A program made the translations under genes and the position numbers. The notes beneath the pieces were generated by a model. That model did not search any database and was not told where the DNA came from. It saw only the letters and a list, made by a program, of their open reading frames with translations. From Candidatus Sumerlaeota bacterium (GTDB lineage: Bacteria; Sumerlaeota; Sumerlaeia; Sumerlaeales; Sumerlaeaceae): 64,000 nt of DNA. Shown in pieces: positions 1 through 10,333 of the stretch (positions are counted from its first letter, which is position 1; every line of letters begins with the position of its first letter). The stretch spans positions 196,945 to 260,944 of the forward strand of contig JADFCV010000001.1 in the NCBI GenBank assembly GCA_017161655.1, in the 5' to 3' direction.

Positions 1-382
<382 letters not shown>

Positions 383-473
383 TTATGAATGACATTGACG
401 CAGCATTATTCGCTTCCTCGGCCTTCAGTTGTTCGCTTATCTTGAGAGCACGCAACACGAAAGGAGCAGCAAG

Positions 474-1160
474 GTGAGATACGATTTTCGTTATGATGTC
501 TTGGCTATTGGCGCGCACCCGGACGATGTCGAGCATGCGATTGGTGGGACGCTACTTCGCCTGCGGGATCAAGGAAAGTCCATTTGCATTGCTCACATGA
601 CTCATGGTGAAGCCGGGACTTTTGGGAGCGCATCCATCCGCGACGACGAAGCCAGGCTGGCAGCGAAGTATCTTGGAGCAGATTTGCACTGGCTCGATTT
701 TCCTGACACGCAAATCGAAGATTCGCCCGAAGCACGCCGGCGAGTTGTCCAACTTATTCGCGAGGTCAGACCGCGCATCATCTTTTGTCATTACTATGAT
801 TATCCGCTCATGCATCCCGATCATGAAGCCACAGGACGAATCCTCAAAGCCGCATTTCGTTTGTGTCGTTTTAAGAATTTTGACACAGGCAATGAGCCGT
901 TCTGGATTCCCAACATTGCGTACTATCTTTTCCCCGAAAGTGTCCGCCCCACTTTTGTCGTGGATGTCACGGACTACATGGATCGGTGGGAGGAGTTGGC
1001 GAACTGTTATGCCTCTCAGTTCCATAACATTCCGAACTACCGCGACCGTCTCATAACACGCAAACGTGCGGCTGGACTCCTGATTGATGTCCCCTATGGC
1101 GAGTCCTTTTACTGTGATCGTCCCGTCAATGCAACAAACGTAGACATAACCATGCTTTAG
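474..1160 (+). CDS. PIG-L/LmbE family N-acetylglucosaminyl deacetylase (BshB/MshB-like)
   Basis: AHPDDVE motif, HxxH-like metal ligands (PDHEATG), ~230 aa. GTG start at 474 is preceded by AAGGAG at 461-466. The longer TTG start at 429 is less likely. Confidence 0.8.
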   Translation: MRYDFRYDVLAIGAHPDDVEHAIGGTLLRLRDQGKSICIAHMTHGEAGTFGSASIRDDEARLAAKYLGADLHWLDFPDTQIEDSPEARRRVVQLIREVRPRIIFCHYYDYPLMHPDHEATGRILKAAFRLCRFKNFDTGNEPFWIPNIAYYLFPESVRPTFVVDVTDYMDRWEELANCYASQFHNIPNYRDRLITRKRAAGLLIDVPYGESFYCDRPVNATNVDITML

Positions 1161-1281
1161 TTGCAATCTGGTCTCAAGGAGCTCCCACCTCTGTTGAGAG
1201 AATAGTAAGATAATCCTAGCTGTTATTAAATCATGCGAGCCTTTGGCCCGCAAAAAATTTGGTCGAAGAAGGAGTACGTTG

Positions 1282-1647
1282 ATGAAACGTGTTGCTGCCA
1301 TTGCTGCTGCAATGGTGTTGGCGGGTGCGGTGTGCTTCGCAGAAGAAGCGTCGGCGCAGAAACCAGCAGAGGCCCCGAAGGCAGCTGCGGTTGAGCGTAA
1401 AGCTGGCGTGAGTGCCGCCCAGGAAGAAATGTGGAAAAAGGCTGGCTGCACTGACGAAGAGATCGCGAAGCTGAAAGAGTTGCAGAAGCAGTTCATGGAA
1501 GCCCGCAAGAACAAGGATCAGGAAAAGGCGAAGCAGATTCGAGAGGAAATGGATAAAATTATGACTCCCGAGCGGAAAGCAAAGCTTCGCGAGTTACGGG
1601 CTGAAATGAAACCTAAAGCGAAAGACGCTGAAACCACCAAGAAGTAA
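1282..1647 (+). CDS. Secreted Lys/Glu-rich periplasmic protein, Spy/CpxP/ZraP-like (LTXXQ-type motifs)
   Basis: ATG at 1282 is preceded by GAAGAAGGAG. Signal peptide MKRVAAIAAAMVLAGAVCFA; repeated helical K/E-rich segments; motif MTPERKAKLREL resembles the LTXXQ motif. Family assignment is tentative. Confidence 0.5.
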   Translation: MKRVAAIAAAMVLAGAVCFAEEASAQKPAEAPKAAAVERKAGVSAAQEEMWKKAGCTDEEIAKLKELQKQFMEARKNKDQEKAKQIREEMDKIMTPERKAKLRELRAEMKPKAKDAETTKK

Positions 1648-1670
1648 GTTGTCTCGCTCGCATGAATCAA

Positions 1671-1706
1671 GAGGCGCCGCAAATGGCGGCGCCTCTTTTA
1701 CTTTTG
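1671..1706 (+). terminator. Rho-independent terminator after the Spy-like gene
   Basis: GAGGCGCCGC-aaatg-GCGGCGCCTC perfect 10 bp GC stem followed by TTTTACTTTT. Confidence 0.8.
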
Positions 1707-1969
1707 AAACTTCTCCAAAATGATCTCAAACGGATCACTCCTGCTCGGCATCCACACAACGTCCTTCCGAATCACCAACCTTTTTCAGGCTCGATGGCGC
1801 TTATCATAGCTCTGTGATTCATTTTTTGGCTAGCGCAACAGTGCAGATCGCGCTCTTTATCAACAGCTTGTTTGTGTCTGTTTTTTCTGTCTAGCCCGCG
1901 TTCAAAAACAAACCCGTTCTGTTTCCAACACCAGCTTTCCCTTTCTTGGCCTCTGGTCGCCGCGCGTTT

Positions 1970-3178
1970 CTACCGCATGTCGATCAAGAGTTTTTCCCGC
2001 AGAAGACGCCTGTAGATAGTCAGCTGATGCTCGAGCACTTTTTCCTCATCAAATAGAGAGAGAACCCGTTGACGAGCTTCCGTGCCTAAACGGGTCGCAC
2101 GCGCGGGATCGCTGAGCAGTGATGTCAGAGCTCTCGCGAGTGCTTCACAATCGCGTGGGGGGACCAAAAGCCCACATTCTCCATCAACAATTTCCTCGCG
2201 ACAGCCACGAATGTTCGTCGCCACGCATGGACGTGCCATCGCCATGGCCTCCAGCAGGGAAACCGGCATCCCTTCACGGTACGAGGGGAGGCAGAAAACA
2301 TCCATCGCTGCCAAATAGGGACGGGTATCGTCCACCATTCCAGCAAAAACGATGCGGTCCAACACGTTCAAACGGTTCGCTTCGGCAAAGAATTCGTCTT
2401 TGCCGGCATCGTAGTCACTTTTCAGCACATCGCCCACGATAAGCAGTCGCACGGTTGGCATTTCTTCTGCGACCTTTGCTGTAGCCCGAACAAGCTCAAT
2501 AATTCCCTTTTCGCGCACGAGACGTCCGACAAATCCAACCACCCTGGCGTCCGCCGGTAAGCGGAGCTTCTCTCGGATTTCCAGTTGGGCGCTTTTGGGG
2601 AAAAGAGCGGGATCAAACCGCTTCGTGTCCACCCCGTTGTAAATGGTTTCCACGCGCCCAGATCTAGCGATTCCTCGTTCGACTGCTGTTTTTTCGTCTT
2701 CCTTACTAACTGTCATGATGAAATCGCCAAAGCGTGCCCCAATCCACTCTAACATGACGTGAAACCGCTGCTTGGCTGGGGGCATTCCCTCATGAAAGTA
2801 GAAGCCGTGCGCAGTATAAATCTTTACTGGCACTCTCGCAAGCCATCCGGCGATGCGCCCCACAAGGGCGGCAATGGGAGTATGGACGTGGAGAATATCA
2901 AACTTTTCTCGGCGCAGCAAACGATAGGTCCGCCACAATTCGGAAAGGTGGGGAAGTGGATTCATTGAACGTGCAACAGGGTTTTCAATGACCGCGAATC
3001 CCAGTTCACGCAGTTTGTCGACATAATGTCCACCACCGCACGAAATCTTTACGTCGAAGCCCTCTTGACGCAACCGCGTTGCCAGAGGGCGCAGAAAATG
3101 CCACGCCGTGAAATCTACAGCACACATCAACAACACACGCACGGGAGGAGTCGTACAGTTCTGAGGCACATCACTCAT
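1970..3178 (-). CDS. Glycosyltransferase family 4 (GT-B fold, retaining)
   Basis: C-terminal GT4 signature EGMPVSLLEAMAMARPCVATNIRGCREEIVDGECGLL; ~400 aa. Confidence 0.85.
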   Translation of the reverse strand: MSDVPQNCTTPPVRVLLMCAVDFTAWHFLRPLATRLRQEGFDVKISCGGGHYVDKLRELGFAVIENPVARSMNPLPHLSELWRTYRLLRREKFDILHVHTPIAALVGRIAGWLARVPVKIYTAHGFYFHEGMPPAKQRFHVMLEWIGARFGDFIMTVSKEDEKTAVERGIARSGRVETIYNGVDTKRFDPALFPKSAQLEIREKLRLPADARVVGFVGRLVREKGIIELVRATAKVAEEMPTVRLLIVGDVLKSDYDAGKDEFFAEANRLNVLDRIVFAGMVDDTRPYLAAMDVFCLPSYREGMPVSLLEAMAMARPCVATNIRGCREEIVDGECGLLVPPRDCEALARALTSLLSDPARATRLGTEARQRVLSLFDEEKVLEHQLTIYRRLLREKLLIDMR

Positions 3179-3284
3179 GAGCCAAATCCTTGATAGTGTT
3201 TTTCAGCTAATGCAATGTTCAGATGTAAGCGTCGACGAAGTTTTCCGCCGGCAACAACACGACGAGTGACTATCGAGAATCCGA

Positions 3285-5566
3285 TGAAGAAGCGGCTGTT
3301 TAGCGTAGGAACAAAGCTCTTACTCCTTCTCTTTCTTGTCGGCCTGGTGCCATCGGGAGTTGCTATCTATCTGCTTTATAACGGCGCTGTTGCCACGACT
3401 CAGGAGACCCTTGCCTACGAGTTGGCAGAACGAGCAAATGGTGTCGCGACAGTGCTTGATGAGGCCCTTGCGACGCTCTTTGGGCAAATTCAGCAGGTTG
3501 CAGACAAACTCTCTCACGGCGAATCTCTCGAAAAGGTTGCTCTGCCTAATGCCTCCGGTTTTGCGGGGCAAGTTGTCGCGGATTCCAAGGGGATAGTCCT
3601 GGAAGCAATAGGAGAGGGGATTGATGGGGGAGTTGATATTCCACGAGTATTTGACCAGGCGAAAAATAAGCCAAAGCTTTATGTGGATGAGATGACCACA
3701 GGACCTTTTGCACCAGCGGTCCGCTTTGTTGCTGCGTTACCAGAAGAGCATTATTTCCTCGCAGTTGTTCGTCTGGAGAAATTCCTCGAGCTATTCAGCG
3801 TGAGTTTGCCAGGCGATCAGACCCAGCTGGCTTTAGTCACGAATCGCCACAACACGCTAGGGCGCACCCCCCCGCCGAACGAAGTCGTTCGAGCTGTGCT
3901 TGAGCGAAGCACTCGCTCGCGGTCGCAGCTTGCGGGTTGGACTTTTGTCCAGCTCGAGGCTCCTGGTCCGCAGTACCTGGCTGCCTATCGTGCATCGACG
4001 TTTTTTAGGCAACGCCAGAAGCCCGATGAGACGAGTGTCGATTGGTTTGTTGTTGCTTATGCCGATACCCAGTTTGTGATCCCGGCGCTTAATGCCCTGC
4101 TGTGGCGAATTGGAATTCTAGGCATTGGCCTTGCATGTTTGTTGGCGGTTCTTTCCGCGATTGTGTCCACGTCCTTCCTTCGTCCGTTGCGCACGTTACA
4201 CCGGCAAGTGGAGCGAGTTACCGCAGGCGAGTGGGACGTCGGGGTGGATATTCGCACGGGTGATGAGATCGAAGAGCTTGCAAACGCTTTTGTTTCGATG
4301 CTTGCAGAAATCCGTCGGTCGCGCGAAGCGCTCGAGCGTCAGATTGCGCAGACGCATGCTCGTGCAACGCAAGTTGCCCTCGTTAACGAATTAAGCAGAA
4401 GTATTCTTGGGACTTTCAGTATTCAGCGTTTTCTCGAAACGACGTTTGCGCGGCTATCAAATTTGGTTGGAGCAAAAAATCTCTGCCTTGTTTTGCGGCG
4501 TGGGACGAAGTGGGAATTCAAATCCCTTAACGAGTTTCCATTAGAAGTAAGCGACGACGATTCCTTTTGGGATGACGTGTGGCAAGATCTGTGTGAGGCT
4601 CCTCAAGGAATTGCAGAGCTTAAGGGCCAGTCACATGTCTTTACGGTCCGCCTCGCTTCCGGGGAAGAGCGTCTGGGCATTCTTGTCATACCATGCGCCC
4701 CCCAGAGCCAGTGGGGCGTCCAGGAAATAACCTTGCTTTCCCAGCTGGCGCCCTTTCTCTCGCTCGCCGTCCAACATATTCAGCTTTACGAACAGGTCTG
4801 CAATTTTGCCGCCGAGTTAGAGCACAAAGTCGAAGAGCGCGCTGCCCAACTCGAAGAGGCACACCGTCGCTTAATGCAAAGTGAACGCTTGGCCGTAACT
4901 GGGCAGCTTGCTGCAGGTGTGGCTCACGAGATCAATAATCCACTTGCCATCATCAAAAACATGCTACAGGTCATGCGGCTGGAAAACGCGTCCAACAGCA
5001 GCACGCTAAAAATCATCGAAGAAGAAATCGACCGCATTGCCCGCATTGTGCGCAGTCTTCTGAATTACGCACGCCCCCCTGCGACCTCTGGTCCTCCTGC
5101 TAATATCGAGGAAGAGGTGAGGCACGTACTGGCTCTTCTCGCCACGCCGCTACGTCATCATCAGATTCAAGTTCATGTAGAGATTGTTCCGGACCTTCCT
5201 CAGGTTTCCCTTTCGCGCGATAGCTTTCACCAAGTTTTGCTTAATCTGTTGCGCAATGCCCAGGATGCTGTGAAAGAAGGCGGACAAATTACGATTCGTG
5301 CAAAGACTGAGGTCGTCAGCGGTCGACCGCATGTGATTGTAACGGTTGAAGACAACGGCGAGGGGATTCCCGAGGAGATCTTGCCGCATATCTTTGAACC
5401 TTTTGTCACAACGAAACGTGGTGAAGGAGCTGGGCTGGGTCTCTCGGTGAGCTACGGTCTTGTCACGGCAGTAGGAGGACGTATAGAAGTGGAATCCGAG
5501 CATGGCAAGGGAACCATTTTCCGTCTTGTCTTGCCAATCGCCGACGAGGCGACCCCCTCTAGCTAG
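3285..5566 (+). CDS. Sensor histidine kinase (signal-anchor, large periplasmic domain, HAMP, HisKA, HATPase_c)
   Basis: N-terminal TM (LLLLLFLVGLVPSGVAIYLL) and a second TM about 290 aa later; HAMP (LRPLRTLHRQVERVTAGEWDVGV); H-box AAGVAHEINNPLAII; N/G1/G2 boxes (LLRNAQDAV, EDNGEGIPEE, GAGLGLS). Start at ATG 3285 (MKKRLF) preferred over 3215. Confidence 0.85.
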
Positions 5567-5618
5567 GGGCGAATTTTTCGATGGAACTTTTCAGCTTGTC
5601 TATAGCAGAGTCGACTCC

Positions 5619-5996
5619 ATGAAAAGGGCGAAATCGGGCAACTCGCGCTCGTGCAAGCAAACCGCGATGACGATCGGGTTGGCTTTCCTAGCGATGGTGA
5701 GTCTCACCGCTTGCATACGGCGCTCGGTGACTATCACAAGTGATCCTCCAAATGCAAAAGTATGGGTGAACGGCGTATACTACGGCCAAACCCCTGTGGA
5801 AATCCCCTACAACTGGAACTGGTTTTACGACATCAGGCTTGAAAAGCCAGGGTACGAGCCACTGACCGTCCGTGAGCGGCTGTACGCACCCGTGCGTCAT
5901 TGGGTCCCCTTCGATTTCCTTATGGAAGTCGCGCCGGTGAAAAGTAAAGAACGCCAGTGGCGTCACTACGTTTTGACGCCCAAAAAAGAGCTTTGA
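5619..5996 (+). CDS. PEGA-domain lipoprotein
   Basis: Signal peptide with LTAC lipobox (AMVSLTAC); PEGA-like motif (PPNAKVWVNGVYYGQTPVEIP, EKPGYEP). Start at ATG 5619; the longer track ORF from 5502 overlaps the kinase 3' end. Confidence 0.6.
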   Translation: MKRAKSGNSRSCKQTAMTIGLAFLAMVSLTACIRRSVTITSDPPNAKVWVNGVYYGQTPVEIPYNWNWFYDIRLEKPGYEPLTVRERLYAPVRHWVPFDFLMEVAPVKSKERQWRHYVLTPKKEL

Positions 5997-6021
5997 GATC
6001 GGAGTCTTTAGTTATTCGCGG

Positions 6022-6915
6022 CTAATCAAAGAGCTCTATTCGCATACTGATATCAAGAGCGCGTGCTGAGTGGGTCAGTCTCCCGACAGAGATCCTCTGG
6101 ATAGGCAGGGTCCGAAGCCTGCGGACGTCTTCGGGTGTTATCCCCCCACTAACCTCGATTTCTGGCATTGAGAGCTCAAGCTCCTGGGCAAGCTTTTTCA
6201 GTCGGGTCACACATTTTCGAATCATCTGCGGCGACATGTTATCAAGCATGATAATATCAGCGCCAACGACGAGGGCTTCGAGAGCTTCGTCACAAGTGCG
6301 AGCTTCAATGCAAACAGGAAGTCTGCGCTGAACAATCTCCCCACGCTCCAGCAATGCCCGCATCACGTTACGAATGCCACCCGCAGCATCAACGTGGTTA
6401 TTCTTGATCATCACCATATCAAATAGGCCAAACCGATGATTTCGACCGCCACCGTCAACGACAGCTTTCTTTTCGAGATGGCGGAGTAAGGGGGTTGTCT
6501 TGCGCGTGTCGTAGATGCCAATGCTGTTGGCATACTTGCCTAATGCCCGTACATATTCGCGCGTGAGGGTCGCGATCCCGCAAAGTCGCTGAAGAAAGTT
6601 CAGAGCCGTGCGTTCACCTGAGAGGAGAGCCGAGAGTTTTCCCTCCACAATCGCGAGGCGATCCCCAGATCGGAAATCGGCACCGTCGGGCACGAGCTGA
6701 CGAAAGCGACTTCTGGGGTCTAATTGGCGAAACACCTCTCTTGCGACGTTTCCGCCGCTCATCCGGCCGGCTTCTTTAGCAAGGAAATAGGCGACTCCTT
6801 TCTTAGGCAGATCGTCCAACACAACACTGGTCACGTCTCCGGGTCCGATGTCTTCTGCGAGGGCCAGCTTTACGAGGTCGCGAACACTCAGGCCAAACTG
6901 ACACTTCTCACTCAT
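6022..6915 (-). CDS. nadC: Nicotinate-nucleotide diphosphorylase (carboxylating) / quinolinate phosphoribosyltransferase
   Basis: Conserved NadC blocks: LSGERTALNFLQRLCGIATLT, GGGRNHRFGLFDMVMIKNNH, IEVSGGITPE. Confidence 0.9.
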   Translation of the reverse strand: MSEKCQFGLSVRDLVKLALAEDIGPGDVTSVVLDDLPKKGVAYFLAKEAGRMSGGNVAREVFRQLDPRSRFRQLVPDGADFRSGDRLAIVEGKLSALLSGERTALNFLQRLCGIATLTREYVRALGKYANSIGIYDTRKTTPLLRHLEKKAVVDGGGRNHRFGLFDMVMIKNNHVDAAGGIRNVMRALLERGEIVQRRLPVCIEARTCDEALEALVVGADIIMLDNMSPQMIRKCVTRLKKLAQELELSMPEIEVSGGITPEDVRRLRTLPIQRISVGRLTHSARALDISMRIELFD

Positions 6916-7065
6916 GAAAGAAAGCCCCTTCTTTTCTGTTTCTTGAAACTGGTGGTTTGTTCTTGCACAGAATCCTGTTTGATGAGTTAGTAAAAGAGAA
7001 GCAACCAGAGAGTGCGAATTTCGGTGCGAGCGCGGAAAACGAGTTATCGCATGGGGCGGAGAATA

Positions 7066-7640
7066 TGATTACTCAGAGTCGTTTTCGGGTTCTGGTCATC
7101 GATGATGATAAAGACATCCTCGATATGATTAACATCACGCTCTCTCCAACGTTTGAAGTTCTCACCCTTCAAGACTCAGTGGATGCCCTTGAAATCATCG
7201 ACGTTTTCGAGCCCGACATTTTGATCGTGGATATCATGATGCCCAAGGTAACGGGCTACCAGATCATCGAGCTCATGCGCCAGAACCCCAAGCATCAGCA
7301 TGTTGTAGTCGTCGTGCTTTCTGCCAAGGATTCTAGCCGCGATATCAAATATGGTTACAAGCTTGGGGCAAATCTTTACCTCACCAAGCCGTTCCAGCCG
7401 GATCGCCTCTTGAAGAACATCCAGATGCTCTCAACAGGGATGGGGAAACCCCGTCCCAAGTCCTACTCCATGCGTGATGTCCAGCTGCGCCTCCAACTTC
7501 TGGCGACCAAAAAATTCGCGCCGCCCACAGATCCGAATGCGACGCCGACACCTCCGGATGTTTCTCCCTCATCTTTCCGACTGCGTCGTCCCCTTGCCCA
7601 GGAGGCTGACGAACAAGAAAAGAAAAAATGGGTGGATTGA
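7066..7640 (+). CDS. Response regulator, receiver domain only, with Pro/Thr-rich C-terminal tail
   Basis: RVLVIDDDKDIL...DILIVDIMMPKVTGYQ...VVVLSAKDS...YLTKPF shows all REC hallmarks. ATG 7066 is preceded by GGAG. No DNA-binding output domain. Confidence 0.8.
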
Positions 7641-8143
7641 GCAGAGTGAACCCTGGGAAGCTTGTTTACCTCGCGGGAGCCATTGAACACGCACCCGATG
7701 GGGGCCGCGGGTGGCGCCAGCAGTTCAAAGAGTTTGTGACGGGGCAGCTAGGGCTTGAAGTGTTTGATCCCTGTGTTCAGGAAATCAACCTCTTGACCTC
7801 TTATGAAAAGCAGAACCTGCGCGCCTGGAAGAAAAGCGATCCAGAACGCTTCCGGGGCGTGATTCGACGATTTGTGGACAATGATCTCCACCAGCTTGTG
7901 AGCAATACGCTGTTTGTTGTCTGTCTTTGGGACGAGTATGCGTCAAAAGGTGCAGGAACAGCAGGAGAAGTGACTGTCGCGTATCTTCATAACCTCCCGG
8001 TTTACCTGGTGACGGCAAGGCCAGTGGAAGTGGTCCCTGGTTGGGTCCTTGCATGCGCCACTGAGATCTTTCAGGATTTTGCTCAACTAAAGTGCTGGCT
8101 GAAAGAACGATATCAACCCACTTTTGATCCAAGCTGTTTATAA
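7628..8143 (+). CDS. Nucleoside 2-deoxyribosyltransferase-like protein (NDT/LOG-like Rossmann fold), function unknown
   Basis: VYLAGAI near the N-terminus and D-x-x-x-x-KGAGTAGEV resembling the NDT catalytic-Glu block (GTAFEIG). Overlaps the response regulator stop by 13 nt, so probably co-transcribed. Confidence 0.45.
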   Translation: MGGLSRVNPGKLVYLAGAIEHAPDGGRGWRQQFKEFVTGQLGLEVFDPCVQEINLLTSYEKQNLRAWKKSDPERFRGVIRRFVDNDLHQLVSNTLFVVCLWDEYASKGAGTAGEVTVAYLHNLPVYLVTARPVEVVPGWVLACATEIFQDFAQLKCWLKERYQPTFDPSCL

Positions 8144-8178
8144 CGCGGCTTGGAGCGCCTCTGCCCGAAAGACTTTTT

Positions 8179-10218
8179 TTATTTCTGTTCGGAAGCTATA
8201 AGACGCATTAAAACCTGTTGAATCAGCTCCTTATCCCCCTCAGAAAAACTCTTGGGTTGTTGACCATAAATCACCAATGTTGAACTATCCACCTGATCAA
8301 CTAGACCTAGAAAGGCGTAGAGAGAAGCCTGCTGCATATACGCGCCGTAAATCCGGCCAGGATGCCCCTCGATCGTTTTCCCATGACTATCCTTTTCCAA
8401 AGCTGACCACCCATCTTTCTCCATTTCCGCAAAAACAGCGCCCGCATCGAGCTTGCTCTTATCACGTGTCACACGAATCTCCAAACCGGGTGAAGGATAA
8501 ACATAGAAAATGCCATTTTCCTCGTCACAACGCGCAGTCCAACCGTGTGGCAATTTCACCTCTAAACCAACAGCGGAACAGCTTGTGAGGGTTTCTTCTG
8601 GCGCACTAACCGAAGATAACTTTGACTGAGTGTCAGCGCTCGCTAGGGGAGAAGGCCCCCTTGGCATCGAGGTCGGATAAGCCTTTGGAGTCATAGCTAC
8701 TGGTGCGAGGGTAGGACTCGTGGGAGTATCGGAAGTAGAGGCTACGACTGGGGCCACGGGAGTGACGCCGGGGAGCTTCTGGAATTGTCGAAGCGATAGT
8801 TCGAGGAGTACATCTTTCGAAATAAACTTGAAGACATCTGTTGTAAACTCCATTAATGCAAGTCTTGGCGAGTCGGATTTTGGTTCAATGAGACAAGCCA
8901 GCCAGATGCGGCTAGGACCTTTCCCTATGTAGGTGACGAGAGGAGTGCCACCCGGCGCGGATTCTGCCACCTTGCTTGGCACCGCTCCTTTCGCCCGGAG
9001 TAATTCGACGACACTTTCTTCGCTCAACCGCGGATCTCGGACATAATCTACGGCGATTCTTTTATCTGGAGATTCAATGCTTATCAAGGAATCTGAAGCG
9101 AGTTTGCTCCAACCGCGTGGGATCACCACTCGATATCCACCTTTTGAATTAATAAGTTCGCTCCCTTTTTGAATCTGCTCAAGATAGTTTTGCGTCTCCG
9201 AGTCTGCCACGGAACCGCGGCGCTGACCCTCAAGAAACAGCACCGCGGTTGCCAGCAGAACGGCAGCCAGCACTCCCGTGATAACCACGAGTTTTTTCCA
9301 GCGGAACCAAGTCGAGCCCTTTTTCTGGGTTTTGTCCTCGGACTGCTGTGTTTCCCTTTTTTCTGTTGTTAGAACTGAAAGTTGCTCCCGTTCTAATTGT
9401 GATTGATAATTCAGCTCTTGGATGCCTTTGTTTGATGGAATGGTTGATGGTTCAAGCTGGTGCTTTTCCTCGCTCTCCGCGCGTTCAGCGGGGCTTGGTT
9501 CAGACGGCACAGCAGACGACTCTTTTTTGGGAACATTGGGGTAATCGCGCTGCCAGCCGAGGATGCGAAATTTTGCCTTTGGCCCCCCTGAGGCGAGCTG
9601 GAGCTCCGCTCCGTCTTCAAGATATGCCTTTCCTTGTACGATCCGCCCATTAACGAACGTGCCGTTGCGGCTGGTGTCTATGACGACAAAAGAACCCTCT
9701 TCAAAGACAATAGTGCAGTGGTGGCCGGAAACCTGAAGAAACTCTGTCGGGTGGAGTGATATCTCCATGTCAGCTCGACGCCCAATTCTGGTCGGTGACT
9801 CCGACGTTATTCGGTAAATCTTTCCGGCTTCAGAACCTGAGCTGAATTCCAATTCCGCAACTAACTGTGCAGGAGGGGGGAGGAGAATTTCTTCCGGCCT
9901 AGGACCGATGCGAAAGACAACCTCCGGACCACCCGCTCCGAACTGAAGGAAATCTTCTGACCTCAGAATGAGACCTTCGGAGGCAGGCTGACCGTTGACG
10001 AAGGTTCCAGTGCGAGAGCCTAAGTCATAAAGCCGGAATTCGCCGCTATCGAACAGAATCTCCGCATGGAGCGATGCGACCGTGAGATCGGCCTCAGGAT
10101 CAAAACGCAGGTCAGCCGATCCAGCGCGGCCGATCGTAATTCGCCCCGAAGAAAACTCCACTGCTTCGCCGGCACGTGGGCCAGTGAGAAAGACGAAATG
10201 GCACGTACACGGATTCAT
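8179..10218 (-). CDS. Tandem FHA-domain transmembrane protein (FHA-FHA-linker-TM-periplasmic domain)
   Basis: Two FHA cores (GRITIGRAGSADLRF...LYDLGSRTGTFVNGQ and TRIGRRADMEISL...VIDTSRNGTFVNGR); S/E-rich linker; TM segment LVVITGVLAAVLLATAVLFL; ~350 aa C-terminal region with two PxGW modules (VVIPRGW, VKLPHGW) and a P/T/S-rich spacer. Lies 115 bp downstream of pilB on the same strand. Confidence 0.75.
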   Translation of the reverse strand: MNPCTCHFVFLTGPRAGEAVEFSSGRITIGRAGSADLRFDPEADLTVASLHAEILFDSGEFRLYDLGSRTGTFVNGQPASEGLILRSEDFLQFGAGGPEVVFRIGPRPEEILLPPPAQLVAELEFSSGSEAGKIYRITSESPTRIGRRADMEISLHPTEFLQVSGHHCTIVFEEGSFVVIDTSRNGTFVNGRIVQGKAYLEDGAELQLASGGPKAKFRILGWQRDYPNVPKKESSAVPSEPSPAERAESEEKHQLEPSTIPSNKGIQELNYQSQLEREQLSVLTTEKRETQQSEDKTQKKGSTWFRWKKLVVITGVLAAVLLATAVLFLEGQRRGSVADSETQNYLEQIQKGSELINSKGGYRVVIPRGWSKLASDSLISIESPDKRIAVDYVRDPRLSEESVVELLRAKGAVPSKVAESAPGGTPLVTYIGKGPSRIWLACLIEPKSDSPRLALMEFTTDVFKFISKDVLLELSLRQFQKLPGVTPVAPVVASTSDTPTSPTLAPVAMTPKAYPTSMPRGPSPLASADTQSKLSSVSAPEETLTSCSAVGLEVKLPHGWTARCDEENGIFYVYPSPGLEIRVTRDKSKLDAGAVFAEMEKDGWSALEKDSHGKTIEGHPGRIYGAYMQQASLYAFLGLVDQVDSSTLVIYGQQPKSFSEGDKELIQQVLMRLIASEQK

Positions 10219-10333
10219 CTCAAATGACTAGGCTCGCCTCGTGTCTGTTCATGATACACGAAGACCCTATCCCCTTCGCGCCGGATTTTGCAATCTCAGA
10301 GAGGAGGGGCCCATTTTCGATGGCCCACGGGCT

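Noticed and set aside
552-1514. 320 aa ORF on the minus strand
   Set aside because: Entirely antisense to two well-supported genes (LmbE-like deacetylase and Spy-like protein). It has no recognisable motifs and the GC-rich frame is stop-poor.
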